Positions 50,201-63,160 of a stretch of 64,000 nucleotides of DNA are shown here, one piece after another. The DNA is from Marsupella aquatica (Eukaryota; Plantae; Marchantiophyta): the NCBI GenBank assembly GCA_973895155.1, contig OZ316896.1:6252166-6316165 (forward strand), written 5' to 3'. The stretch's first letter is position 1. Each line of letters opens with the position of its first letter. A program made the translations under genes and the position numbers. Below the pieces are notes generated by a model. That model was given only the letters and a program-made list of their open reading frames with translations, searched no databases and was not told where the DNA came from.

Positions 50201-50958
50201 TGGTTCAGTTTGGAGACTGACTAGATTGATTGACGACTGTCCAGGTTCGTTTATTTGATGATGTACAATATTTGAAGACCTTGGGAGCCGGGGAGGTTTG
50301 GGTTGCAGTGGGATGGTCCGAGGATATTATTTCTTTCGCTAAGAGAAGTTCAAATATCACTGTCGTTGCTCCTCAGTCCGGGACTAGCATATGGGCTGAC
50401 CTGTGGGTAGGTTTTGTTGCTCTCTCAATTTGCAGTTCTGAACTCTTAACATACACATACTTTTTTGTGCTTAATTGAAGTTCCCTATTTCTCATTTGAT
50501 AGGCCATTCCTGCAACAACGACAATCAGAAGCACTAAGGTGGGAGGCCGCATAAGGGGACCATCTCCCCTTGTCCTCCAGTGGTTTGACTTTTGTCTTCA
50601 GCCGGCCCGTGGCAATTCCTTTGCACACAGTGTTGTGGCGGGGGCTTCGCCCTTAACGTTGTCTGACCAACGGAAGTGTTCTAAAACCAACGAACTAAGA
50701 CCAGGCAACGCCAAAGCATTTGGTGAGGAGAGTTACTCTGATAACAGGCAGGGACAGGCTGGTCCAAATCTTGAAATAGATCTCCTAGGACAATTAACGC
50801 CGGATCTTCTAGCCAAGTGTGAGTTTTTGGAGCCATTGAGTGAGACTGCTCTGGGTGACTTTAAATGGCTGCTGTCAAAGAATCCATTTGTGCAGCGATC
50901 TCCAGTACGATTACTGGAATCCCTCAGGAGTATGTTTTGGGGGTTCGTGAAAAACTAG
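47284..50958 (+). CDS. ENF2: PotD/PotF-like spermidine/putrescine-binding protein, ENF2-like, probably plastid-targeted
   Basis: Exons ~47284-47827 (donor uncertain), 48395-48516, 48705-48953, 49431-49565, 49725-49907, 50245-50406 and 50503-50958. Motifs VPLRIVGLRGSVPPAW, IGDSWL, VPYRWG, DWTDLWNPELAG, SPREIVGAVLK, VWVAVGWS, WADLWAIP and GGRIRGPSPL match the plant ENF2 family as I recall it; transit-peptide-like N-terminus. Confidence 0.9.
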
Positions 50959-52066
50959 TTGGATCAGAAGTGCATTTCAGCATGTTGGAGTAGTACTTTG
51001 TTAGTTGAATCTTCTAGTTTGACAATGATTTCCCAGCAGAATCACCATTACTTATTGTGATAGCTTGGTTTATTGATGATTAGACTTTCATTCACTGAGT
51101 TCATCTTATCGTCTTTGTCTTTTCTTACCTCCCGATCTCTAACACCAGCGGGGTCATTGAAAATAGGGCAGAGTACGACACACGCAGAAGTGGTCTCCTG
51201 TTTGTATGACAATCTAAGGTATAGCTCGATGGAGTTAAATAGCATCTATAACCTCTCTAGTCCGTTGAAGAATAACATCCTAGAACAAAATTATCACTAG
51301 GGCATTGGACCGAATAGATCTGCATCAATGCCTAATGCCGGACGCAGAAATACAGTCGTCCCTTTACTGAGTCTCCAAGTTCAAAAGATTACACTCTCGC
51401 ATCTTGTTCAAGCGGTTATTCGGACTAATTCAGGCGAAGGTATCTCTCACTTGGAAAACCTGCAAAGCAATTGGTGATTCTAGAAGGTAAAGTTGGAGTT
51501 CTTGCCTGTATATTTGGTTTTCTGGGACATCAAGTATGTGAAGAAAAACAGTATAGAAAAATGCTTTAGAAACTTCCATGACAGAATTGAAGACATAAGT
51601 GAAACTTTGTTCCACGTCATCAAAAACTGAAAACTTGCCAGACGCACTTCAAGCCATTGATTATAACCCAGACAAGGACACAACAACCTGTTTTAACGTG
51701 GGGAGTGCCCCCGACGGAACTGACTCATAGAAAATCCAGATCCTAGAAATTTCTCTATGGATTGTTTTGACCTAGAAAACAGAGCTCGGAAAAGTTTATT
51801 TTCCTGGGTGTTGGACGGGAACTCCAAAATGGACACCACAACCCGCAGCCTTGAAGATTCTCTACGAGCAGCTGCTGTGGTGTAGTCGAGTGTGCCAAAC
51901 CCGGCCTGCCAAGCTCAGCACCTGAACTCGTGCCAGCATCGGCAGGTGTGTACAAGCTCATCACAACCTTGGAAACACAAAACCAGGCTGTAGCTGCAAT
52001 TCTCATGGAATCAGTAGGGGAACTCATTTTGGCTTCAATCATCTCCTCTACCTCCTCTCGGGTCAC

Positions 52067-52166
52067 CACCCCCCCGAGGTTGCTTTGCTCAACCCCTCCT
52101 GTCACCCCCCAAGGTTGCTTTGCTCAACCCCTCCTGTCACCCCCCGAGGTTGCTTTGCTCCCTCCT
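52067..52166. repeat. 35-bp tandem repeat x~3
   Basis: (g/a)aggttgctttgctc recurs at 52076, 52111 and 52146. Confidence 0.9.
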
Positions 52167-52278
52167 TGACAGATTGGACGGCCCCCAGGGTTTTCCCAGA
52201 ACACTTCCAATAAAACTTCGCTCCACCTCCCCACATCATCTGGCAGCCGCAAACCAGTTTGTACCAATCTCTAGTAAC

Positions 52279-53041
52279 CAGTGTTGGGCGGGTATAGGGT
52301 TTTTCTTATACCAGCCAGGTAAAGGTATAGTGGACATCACTGGCCGGCAAGTTAAGGTATTGGACTAGTATATATTAAGGTCCCCAACCAATTTCAAAAT
52401 ATAGAGGTATATTAAAAAATATATCTCAGATTATAGACCGGGTATAGGTATCGAGTTTAGGGCGGGCTATGTCATAGTAAGGGTATAGGTAAACGTATAG
52501 TAAATCAAGACTCATAATAGCCAATTTTGATCCAAAATTTGAACATGGACTCACATATTCTATCAAGAAAACTCATAGTCACCTTTAACTTGCATAGTTT
52601 GCATATAACACTTGGTGATATAACATATGCTTTGACTTTAGGGATAGCTTCCATCAAAACTAATAAATGCGCTAGTCAAGGCTCCTCCTCCACCAATCCC
52701 GCATCAACAAACTCATCCTTGACAACAGCAATGATATCACCTTTTGTAGCCAATAAGTCACCAATCTTAGCAATGTCCAAAACCGTGTCCACCCTAAAAC
52801 CATCTGGCCAATTCTTTGGGATCATCACCAACATCTCAAGATTTTCCAACCCAAGCCTATGCCAACAAAGGTTTGTCAACACACCAGCAATCGAGAATAT
52901 GCTCTCACATTCAATTTGGGAGCCAGGAATGCCAAGGAATTGTCTAGCCAGAAATCCAACTACGGGGTAATTCCTTTCATTCTCCTTCCACCAAGCAAGG
53001 GGAGCCCGCTCAATGGGACGTGAACTCACCTAAACATATCC
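52279..53041 (-). mobile_element. hAT transposon end with C-terminal dimerisation-domain remnant
   Basis: ORF 52676-53029 reads PLAWWKENE..YP....LARQFLGIPGSQIECESIFS (hATC). A cagtgttgg terminus at 52279 has repeated ggtatag subterminal motifs. The element is cut by a Copia LTR at 53042. Confidence 0.85.
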
Positions 53042-53991
53042 TGTTAGGAATTGACCCGAGTTCCCGACTCACTTAGTTTTGGCCTTACTAGGGTTAGTTT
53101 ACCCTGGATTACATTATATTAAGATCCGCTTAGTTTAGGCCCACATATTCTTCCTCATTCTTCACATGTACTCTCATTTGCTATGGAGCCTTCAGGAGTT
53201 TCTCCACTTGAGGTGTCTCGTTGGTGTAGCGTCTGATTGAGTCTCTCTCATGTTTTTGCATTAGTGTCTAGTTTGGAGCCGACGCTTTCTTACAAGTGGT
53301 ATCAAAGCTACACAGAGATATTCTCACCCGTTGTCAAACTCGCTAGTATTTGTGTTTTACTTGCGATTGTGGCATTCTATGATCTTGAGTTAGATCAGAT
53401 GGATGTAATTACTGCTTTCCTGCATGGATTGCTTGATGTGAAGATTTATATGACTCAACCTCCAGGTTTTATTGACGAGAAGACTCGACACTTGGTGTGT
53501 AAGCTCTTGCGCTCGTTATACGGATTGAAGCAGAGTCCTAGATAGTGGAATAAGCGTTTTGATTCCTTCATGTTGTCTCAGGGGTTCACACAGAGAAAAC
53601 ATGATTGTTGTATTTACATGAAGGAGGTGGAGAATTACTCACGCTTTGGTTACATTATGCTGACATTGTATGTGGATGACATGTTAATTCTGGCTTAGAA
53701 TAAGTCTGATGTTGCTCATCTGAAAGCAATGTTGAGTAAGGAGTGTTCAATGAAGGACTTGGGTCAGGCCAAGAAGATTCTAGGGATCATGGAGATTCAT
53801 CGTGACACGGAGCATAGGCAATTATGGTTGTCTCAGAGGCAATATTTGGAGAAGGTGCTTGCCAAGTATGGAATGGAGAATGCAAAACCAGTTGGTACTC
53901 CATTGGCTTCCCACTTCAAACTCTCAAAGAATGATTGCCCTTCTAGTGAGAGCGATAGACTGGCGATGAAACATGTTCCCTATGATAGTGT
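53042..53991 (+). mobile_element. Copia family B derivative: LTR + PBS fused directly to RT
   Basis: LTR at 53042-53294 (tgttaggaattgac..cttaca), PBS tggtatcaaagc at 53297-53308, then immediately YTEIFSPVVK...VPYDSV; truncated by the Gypsy LTR. Confidence 0.92.
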
Positions 53992-55875
53992 TGAGTGGTG
54001 GACCTTGCCACCCAGCGCCCTCACCAATCCCAGCACTTGCGCCTAAGTGCCCTTGATGCCCAAACGCCTTCACGGAATACCTCGAGCAAGCATCCAAGTG
54101 CCTCTAGCACCACCAGCGGCTACTCCCATACAAAGCCGCACTTGCTCACCTACACGACCGCTACTCAACGGTCCTCACTGTCTGCACAAACAACCAAGCA
54201 CCTTGGTAAGTAACCCCTTCGGATCTAGAACTCGCCAAGTCTAGCATCCTAACTCAAGCTCAACAGACGTTGGTAAATAGGTCAACGATGGGTCCTCCCG
54301 ATGCCATAAGCCGGAACCAGAACCCACGCCCACTGTCCGTCCAGGACAGCTCCTTCCTTGGGCGCGGCCCGGGTTCCCCCTCGTACCTATCCATCACCAA
54401 CTGACCACCCTGACCTCAGGACATACTCATGGCCCAAATAGTGTAACTTGTCCTAAAGCTTGTCCCAAGCTTGTCTCAACACGTCGGGACCATAGCAGCC
54501 CCGACTCTAACTCCGACTCCCGGTTTGCCCCACTGATGGTCTAGGGACCGAGCGCTCTTGGGACTCATCCTCCATACCTACTTGGCCTTGCCTCCCCAAC
54601 GCAAGCTCCCTTGGGAGACTGAACGTGGCTTGGCTGCTGTTCGGCAGGATTTGGTACACGGACGAGCTAACACCCGCAAACCACAAGAACCCATGGCACC
54701 CCCAAAGCTTTCCAACGCACCTAAGAAGTCCTCCAACGGACTTCCCGTTGGAAAGATATCGCCATTTCCGTTTGGCGGTTTCCCTTAGTGTCACGACCGT
54801 CGCGGCTCACGACTTCGGCTCACCCTTAGCCCCCAGGGAGACACCACTCCCCTCATATATGCTTCTGGAGACCTGCCACCCCCGGACCAGCTTTGGTCCC
54901 TAAACATTTGGCCCCCAACCCGGATCCCATCGCGCATAACGGGCGCGCCACCAACTGGCAACGCCCATAACTTTCTTGATAGGCATCCGCAAGCGGAGTG
55001 CCTTAGCCCGTTGTGAACGGGCCGACCCAGTGCTCATGCCTAGGCCCTCAGGTCTGATTGCCACTCGGGGCCCCCGGCTCGGGCCACAACTTGCGCCCCA
55101 AGCGTCCGTTGCCAATGGCATCAACTCCATTGGCCTTGGGCCCAAGAGGAGCTCACTCCCAAGCCCTCAGAACTCAAAGCCCATCCAATGGTCCGGACGG
55201 CCACCCTTGAGCACGGCCCATTTCCCCTTGACTCAACCAGCCATAGGCTAGTCCAAGTCCTTAGTGTGTGCCCCCAGCTTGGCCCCTTGCCTCGCTAGTG
55301 CCACGTCTCATTGCCCACAAGTCTCCCCATGCTAAGTCCTCCCCGGATGGCCTATCCGGGCCTGGACCATAAGGGAGCTCGGCGTCGGAGTCAGCGACGC
55401 CGGAGCTAAGTGTTAAGGTAGTCGAGTTCCGCAACTTGCACCCCCCCTTAAAAATGGTCACGTCCGCGTGACCTAAGTAAACGTTCCAACATGCCTAGAC
55501 CACTTTGGGCCTTAAAAAAATTTATGAGGTAACAAATGGTTTGCCCATAAGGCTGATGCAAACCAGGTTGGTACGCGCATTCCATACTTAGGAAATTCCA
55601 ACCTATCCCACTTATCCAAGTAGGATGCCAGTCCAAACAGGTAAGCTAACTCCAGACTCGTCGGACCCATTGTCCTCCCCTTGGGGCGCTCCCCTTTGGT
55701 TCGAACTAGCCCACCCACAGATGTAGGGCGGGCACCATCAACTTCCACTCGCAAAAAGCAAATCAGCCGCCCAACAACCTCTAGCCCCAACGCAATCCGA
55801 CTTTATCCTTAAGAGGCCAAGAGGAGTGAAACTAGGATACAACTCACAAAGGTAGCTACAGCTGCCTGTACCAAT

Positions 55876-58800
55876 TCACAACGGCGGTAGGCCGCTTCGC
55901 TTACGATAGCTTCCAAGGATCTCTGAGGCATTACCCAAATTTTCCTCCGGTTCCCAAGTACTCTCGGCCTGATCATAGCCAGCCCACTTCACCAAATACT
56001 CTAAGATTTGCCTTCCCAACTTGCGTTTGTAACGGTGGTCCAGAATTGCCTCCATCTCAAACTCCTCGGCGTCCTCCACCAGCATGGCGTCCGGACGCAA
56101 GACCTGATCCCGGTTGGGATCATCATCTTTGACAAACTTCTTGAGCCGGCTAACATGGTAGCTTTTGCCCACGCCCAATTCCTTGGGTGTCTCCAACACC
56201 ACCGAAACCGGATTATCCTTGTGGGCCCATCGTATAATGCGATAGGGCCCCGCATATATGGGAGCCAGCTTCCTACTTATGTTCCCGTGGTATTGCTCAG
56301 GTCTCAACTGCAACCAGACGCTCTCCCCAATTTCAAAGCTTACCTGGCGTCGATATTTATCCCCTTGCTCCTTGTACCGACTTTGGGCAAGGGTCATACC
56401 CTTGGTAGCCGCTTCCACAACTAGGTGCCGCTCTTGAATAAAATCGTCCGCAGAAGGAACCTTGCTTTCCGTCCGCCAAGCTTCCGGATTTATAAACCAG
56501 GAGGGCGCCCTTGGCGTCCTCCCTGTGGTTCACAAACGGCGCAAACCCCGTCGCCGAATGCTTGGTCGAGTTATACCTAAACTCGGCCATTGTTAAATGC
56601 TTTGCCCAATCCTTTTGATTGGCCGTCACAAAGTGATGCAAGTGGTCATCCACGATACCATTAACCCGTTCCGTTTGGCCATCTATCTCATGATGATACG
56701 CTGATCCCCTAGTCAGGTCCGTTCCGGATAACCGGAACAACGCCTTCCAGAAATGGCCCGTGAACTTGGTATCGCAATCGGACAGGATATGCAACGGCAA
56801 TCCCCATTGTCGGAAGACATTGTCAAACACTAGACCGGCAACCTCTCGGGCCGAAACCATCTTCGTAGTAGGCAAGAAATACGCCATCTTGGAAAAACAA
56901 TCCACGATTGTTAAGATGGAGTTACTGCCGTGGGACTCAGGTAATCCAACAATGAAGTCCATGGAGATAGACTCCCATGGAGCCGCAGCCACTGGTAAGG
57001 GTTGTAGTAGTCCTCCTTTTGCCCTATAGACTGTTCGGTTCTTTTGGCACGAGTAACAACTTTGCACGTGTTGAAGGACCGAATGCTTCATGTCCGGCCA
57101 ATACACATCTCGCGACATGTTGCGATATGTAGCAGCTTGTCCTCCGTGCCCTCCCCAGGGCAAGTCGTGGTACTTTTGCAGAACCTCTAACCTTAGAGAC
57201 TCTGGTATGTACACACGCCTCTGCTTGTATCGCCATAACTAGACATTATGCATCGTATCCAACCCCAACGATACGTGCCTTACCTTGCCCCGGCTACCCC
57301 CATTGCTTTGCCAATCCATAGCTAACCTGTCATCCCCATATGCCATGGCCAGAACCTTTGGCCACTCGGATTCGAGCATCGTGATCCCATTGACACGATG
57401 CTGGTCCTTACGCGATAACGCGTCCACTGCGTATTTGTCTTCCCAGGAACGTGGCGGACTTCGAAATCGAAATTGAAATCCGCCAAGAACATCTGCCAGC
57501 GCATTTCCTTGGGGTCCAGACTTGGCTTAGAACTGAAGTACCCGGCCGGTGAGCTATCTGTGTGGATTACCACTTTGGGACCGTTCTTAAGGTAAATCTT
57601 CCACTTCTTCAACGCATAGATCACAACATACATTTCCCTTTCCGGCGTGATCCAGTGATTTTCCAACTTACATGACTCGAAGGCCACAGGACGCCCATCT
57701 TGGTGAAGACAGGCGCCGATGGCATAATCACTTGTGTCTGTCCAAATCTCGAACGGCTTCCCCATCTCAGGTAACTTTTTTTTTTAATCTGGAACTTTTT
57801 TGGTCCTTTTCAAGTAAAACCCGCGAAAACCCACGGGAAGGCGGCCAAAGCAGCCAAAACAACAACCAAAAGGCCAAACAACCAGGGCCGAGGCCCCATG
57901 GTGCAGAGCCGGCAAGGAGCACAAAGCACATGAGTGCTCGTAGGAGTGACAAAACCAAGGCAAAACTGTCTAACATCTGAAGGCCTTGTAAGTCACCAGA
58001 CCACAAACCGAACCATAGTGGAAGGCCACTACAGTCTAAAGAGTTGTTGTCAAGAAAGTGTACAGGCAGAATAGAAAAGCGCCAACTGAATGAACTAGTC
58101 TAGAAAGTCAGAGCCTACTTCTAAGCCTAATAGAACCACTGCCTTCCCCTAGTAAGTGCCCAGTGAGAAAAACCGCTTCACCATGTCGCGAAGGCATCCT
58201 TCCTTCCTAGCCACCGCCTTCTCTCACTGAACAAAGCATCCTTGGTCTGGAGGAGCCTTGCGTGCTTGCGGCAGGGGCCATAAGTTTCACACAGCCCATG
58301 AATGTTGTCCGCCATTTCAGAGAGGACTAGATTAAAATTGAAGGAGCGTCTTATTGGGGGATTGAAAAATTGTTCATTTCTGGCATTCCACAAAGTCCAC
58401 AGGACCTGATAGACCATGAAAGCCACGATTGTGTGCATAAAGCGGGATCCTTTGAAAGAGCCAAGCAGTAGCATAATATCTGCAGGAGGCCAGAGAATGA
58501 TTCCAGGAAAAGACTGAGACACCAAACTCCAGCATTTACGTGCAAATTGACATTTAAAGAAGAGGTGAGGGATGGATTCCAGTTCCGTAGAGCAAATTTG
58601 GCACATACCATTGCTCTTCCCAGTTCTAAGAGCCCGCGTGCCTGTGAAAAGTCCTTGTGCCAGTATCCTCCATACAAAGGTGCGGGATTTCAGAGGTAAA
58701 TCCGAAGTCCATAGTGACAGCCATATATTATTCCATTTCGGCTCCGTGAGAATAGTATGCCAGATCCCGTTTAGCCGTCTGTAGTCTGATCCTTTGGGTC

Positions 58801-61800
58801 GGAGCAACTGGTACATGCGTGCATTAGGTAGTGTAAAGCGCCTCAGTGCTTCGGGTTTGTCCGACCACCGCCATTGCCCTGCAAAAGCGTGCCCAGACCG
58901 CATTTGATCTGTGAAACAGGTGATTTTGCTTAGAAAGCCCAAGCTCAATTCTTTAGTCCTGTCATCCACGCCTCGCACTCTGGATAATTTGCTGGAATAA
59001 AAAGCAAAGTTGCTTGGAGAAGGCGCTTTCAGATCTGCTATATCCCGGATCCCGACCCTGCCACAAGTCCTGTTGATGGCACATATTGTGTCTTCCCCAA
59101 GATCTTGCAGGCCCTCCATGCATCGGATCACATCCTCCACCCGCCACCTTTTTGCCACTGCAGTGTCCCTAGGAGAAAAAATGAGATGTGTACGCAACGT
59201 CTCCCAGGAGTGCCAAAGACTTCCAGTGTAGCTCATTCCACTGAAAGTCTGTGGGTAACATAGTAAGAGTCGATCCGTGAAGGAATAATTGTTCCGCCTG
59301 ATTGTTTTGGCATTACGCCATTTGGCCAGACAAAGGTTTGCTGCAAACAACCGGGCCCATTCAGAAGATGGCTGATCTAGAGCCTGGTTAAACCATTGGC
59401 AGAGTAAGGCATCGGAGTGAGCCTTGAAGTCTTTCAGACCAATACCTCCATCAATCTCAGGTAACTTTAGAACCGGCGGCGTTATCATTAACCGCTTAAG
59501 TTCTAGGAATGCTAACTCGCAATCCTGTGTCCACACAAACACTTTGTTTTTCAACTTTAGCGCATTTAGGGGCCTCGCGATCCTCGCATAGTCTTTCATG
59601 TATCTCCGATAGAACCCTGTAAATCCTAAGAAGGCTCTAACTTGCCTTACATTGGACGGGCGCTCCCATTCTTTGATCTCCTTAAGCTTGTCCTAACTAG
59701 GCGTTAGCCCTTCCGGGGTAAAGGTATGGCCGAGGAACTGAATCTCGTTCATCGCAAACTCGCACTTGCTAGGTTTAGCAAAGAGACGAGCCTTACGAAG
59801 GTGAGAGAACACTTCTCTGAGCAATTGCTCATGCTCCTCCAACGTTTTTGAGTAGATTAGGATATCGTCAATAAAGACAACCACTCCTTGGTCCAACAAG
59901 TCATGAAAGATGGTATTCATCATCTTCATGAACGTTGCGGTTGCATTACACAACCCGAATGGCATAACCAAAAACTCATAGGATCCGAACCTTGTGCGCA
60001 TCGCGGTCTTATACTCATCTCCCTTAGCCATGCAGATCTGGTAATACCCAGACCGCAAGTCCACCTTTGAAAACTTCTTGGCCCCGGAGAGGCAATCGAA
60101 GAGGTCATCCGTATGAGGTAATGGGTACTTGTTCTTTACCGTCTGCTTATTGAGGGCCCGGTAATCTGCGCACAATCTCAAAGTACCATCCTTTTTGGAC
60201 ACAAACAGAGCGGGCGCCCCGTAAGGACTCTTACTAGGGCGAATGAACCCTGGTCGATCAACTCTTCCAAGGCGTTCTTCAACATCATTCACTCGTTCAG
60301 GTTCAGACGATAAGGAGCTTTAGCCTGAGGAGCCGATCCTGACTCCAACTCAACTTGGTGATCCACTTCTCTCCGCGGGGGTAAACCTTTAGGTAGCTTC
60401 TGCGAGAGCACGTCGTTGAATTCCTCTAAAATTTCAGGAATTGGACCGCAGTCGGGCCCGACCTTAGCTGACTTGACCTTTGGCTGCGACGCAGCCTCCT
60501 TAGTTGGGTGGAGATGAAAGAAGAAACATTCATGTCCATCCTTGAAGTCTTTCCACCATTGCTTCGTCGATACACACAGAGACATCCACGACACTTTACT
60601 TACTTTAAGAAATCTTTCTTTATTTTTGGTAATTTCGTGTACAACGATGGGCTCACCGCCCTTATTGGGAAAATGGAGCACCTCACCCCCCGGTTTCAAG
60701 GTAACATTGTGCTTTCTGAGATAACCTACTGAAAAAATGAAGTCTACGGCTAGACCGTCTAGAACGTAGAACATCTCCTGACTAACAAAATTTTGTTGTT
60801 CGCCTATGACCTCTACCCGAAGTCTATGCACTACTCTCGACACTATCCCCTTCGTGTCGTTGGCAAACTTGCACACTAACGGTTGTAACAACTCTTGCAC
60901 GTCCACCCCAAGATGAGCTGCCGCCTGCCCACTTATGAAGCAGGCGGTCGCGCCTGTATTCACCAAGGCAACACCCAAATTACCGTTAGAAGTGACATTC
61001 ACAAAAATCAGTTTTTCAGGATCCATTGTCTTAACTTTAGGTATCTTCTCTCGCAACAACACCCTCTCTCCGTCAGGGACATCCCCTATAGGGACCTTGT
61101 CAGCTACTAAGGGTTCGGTTAGAGCGATACTTACCTTAATGCTCTTCTGCCCTCCACCATCTCCGCTCGGCTTGCCACCTTTCGTGGAACAATCCTTACT
61201 TTGATGGCCCATGGCACCACATGTGAAGCACGAACCTTCTGCCCGCCTTTGCTCCATGGTTGCCTGTTTCTTTGCTTTCTGTGCCGATGAGGCTCCTTTC
61301 TGGAAGTTGCCGGCCTTCCGGTTTCGCTTAGCTCCTCCATTCTGGGGCTGGGGGTCCGAACCACCGGCCCCCGCCCCCTCAGGTTGCTTTCGCTTATTCT
61401 TGGGACCTTTTGCTTTCCCAGCTTCCCCTTTGGATCCCTTGCCACCCACCTTCGCCAAGTCCGGTCGATTATTCACCAACGTAGTGGCCTTGTTGAAGGC
61501 GTCGGAAAGCGTTTTGAACTCATGACGCTTTTCCTGCAACTTTTCCCTGAGCAACGGCAGGAGCTTCACAATAAAGTTGTGAAGCTGCGTATGTAGGGTC
61601 TCTTGTCCCGCCGGGGTACATGCCAACTGATTCTGGTAATAAGTGATGAACTTTTGGATATCACCCCTGAAACTCATCTCCGTTACGCATTTCTGAGCAT
61701 GTCGCTCCGGGTATTTAGTGGTGACATGAGCATGGAGACCCTCAACCAGGTTTTCCCAAGTTAACGGTAAGGAGGAGTCCTCTCGTGACTTCTTCCATGA

Positions 61801-62505
61801 CTTGTACCAAGTCAAGGCATAGTCCTTCAAGTAAGGAGCGGCCGCGGTAGCCCAAGTGGAACGCTCAACGCACGCTTGGAGATGAATCTCCATTGTGGAG
61901 AGCCAACTTAGGAACTTTTGTCCACTTTGCTCGTAGGCTCCATCGTAAGTTGGAGGAGTCGGTAGCTGGTTCACTTGGAACATACTCCGTCCAACTACCA
62001 TTCCCCCCTCGGGATGCGACGCACTCTGACTACCCGGACTAAGTAAGTACTTAATCTGGGCCCCCTTGTTGTGTACCAACTGCTCATAGATGAGTCGTTG
62101 GTCTTGAGTCAACGGACCCAGACCGTCGTCCACGGCTGGGCCCTTGCGGGTTGTATGAGGACGGTCCTCCAACCGTCTTTCCTTTGCGGGCTGCCTGTCC
62201 TTAGGTTCTCTTGTGGATTTTGGTGACACCCCCCGCGTCTTGCGAGCACCATGACCTCCCGGGACTGAGGTATCACCCGCATCATCCTGGTTCTGCTTGG
62301 TCAAATTATCCACGATGACGTCCGGCTCGGCATCATCCTCTGGTTCCGCATTCAACCCTCTCAAGGCTGGGATCAGTTCCTCTTCCAGGTCCTGACCCTC
62401 TTCCTCTGTCTCGGATTCTGTGTTGTCGTCGCTTGCGGTTGCGTCGGAGTCATCGTCATCTGACCCATCCTCTGAAGGATCAGCCGCTGTGACGCCGATG
62501 ACATG
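55876..62505 (-). pseudogene. Gypsy gag-pol with chromodomain, disrupted by stops, frameshifts and a LINE
   Basis: ORF pieces 60289-62364, 59693-60292, 57322-57765, 56357-57214 and 55876-56418; the catalytic protease Asp reads Asn. Confidence 0.9.
57779..59453 (-). mobile_element. 5'-truncated L1-like LINE (ORF2 C-terminus with zf-RVT, 3' UTR, poly-A)
   Basis: 15-bp TSD atctcaggtaacttt at 57764-57778 and 59454-59468; A-tail at the minus-strand 3' end; peptide GGIGL...KSRTFVWRIL...CQIC...ESIPHLFFKC. Confidence 0.93.
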
Positions 62506-62809
62506 GTCCTTATTCTATAATCTAAGTAACTAGGTTGCTGTATGCAAGGAGTAGTTATTGATACCGCATAACAATTAGCAAGATGGCAAGAATAAGCGCA
62601 ATCATGGCGTTAAGAGTAGGGAAATAAAAGCTATGTCGCGGGTGGTTGGCGACCATATCTCTTTCAATATGTCACCAAATCCGGATTTGTAAAGAGCATT
62701 GGGAAGATCTGGTCAAGGCGAGTAAAATCGATATAAAACACTCGAGAAACGGAGGTGTATTAAGGAAGATACGGCCTGATTAGTGTGATAGGTTAGCTTG
62801 TGGCCGGAA

Positions 62810-63160
62810 TTAGCGGGTTTAGCTTCAGTTTCGGGTTAACCCAAGCTCGGCCACGGCTTAGCTCAGGTAAGCACGGCTTCAGCTTATCTCAGGTAAGCAC
62901 GGCTTCAACTTAGCTCAAGTAAGCACAGCTTCAGCTTAGGCTCAACCCAGGTTCGGATTAGATTGATCCCGGGTTAGACTTAACTCGGGTTAGCCTAAAC
63001 TCGGGCTCAGGTTAGCATAGGTAAGCTCGGGTTCGGGCTCAACTTAGGCTAGGTTAGCGGATAGCGGGTAGCGGCCTAACTCGAGACCACGGGTTAGCTC
63101 TACTCGGGTTAGATAGGATAGCCGAACTCGGGTTAGCTATGTAACTCGGGTTAGCGCAGC
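62810..63160. repeat. short-motif array in the Gypsy leader (ctcgggttag motifs plus a 26-bp unit x3)
   Basis: Repeated (ct)cgggttag; gcttagctcaggtaagcacggcttca occurs three times near 62856-62938. Confidence 0.8.

Noticed and set aside
51430-52250. Possible decayed LINE ORF1/5' end on the minus strand
   Set aside because: Fragmented frames with no diagnostic motif, TSD or tail that I could verify.
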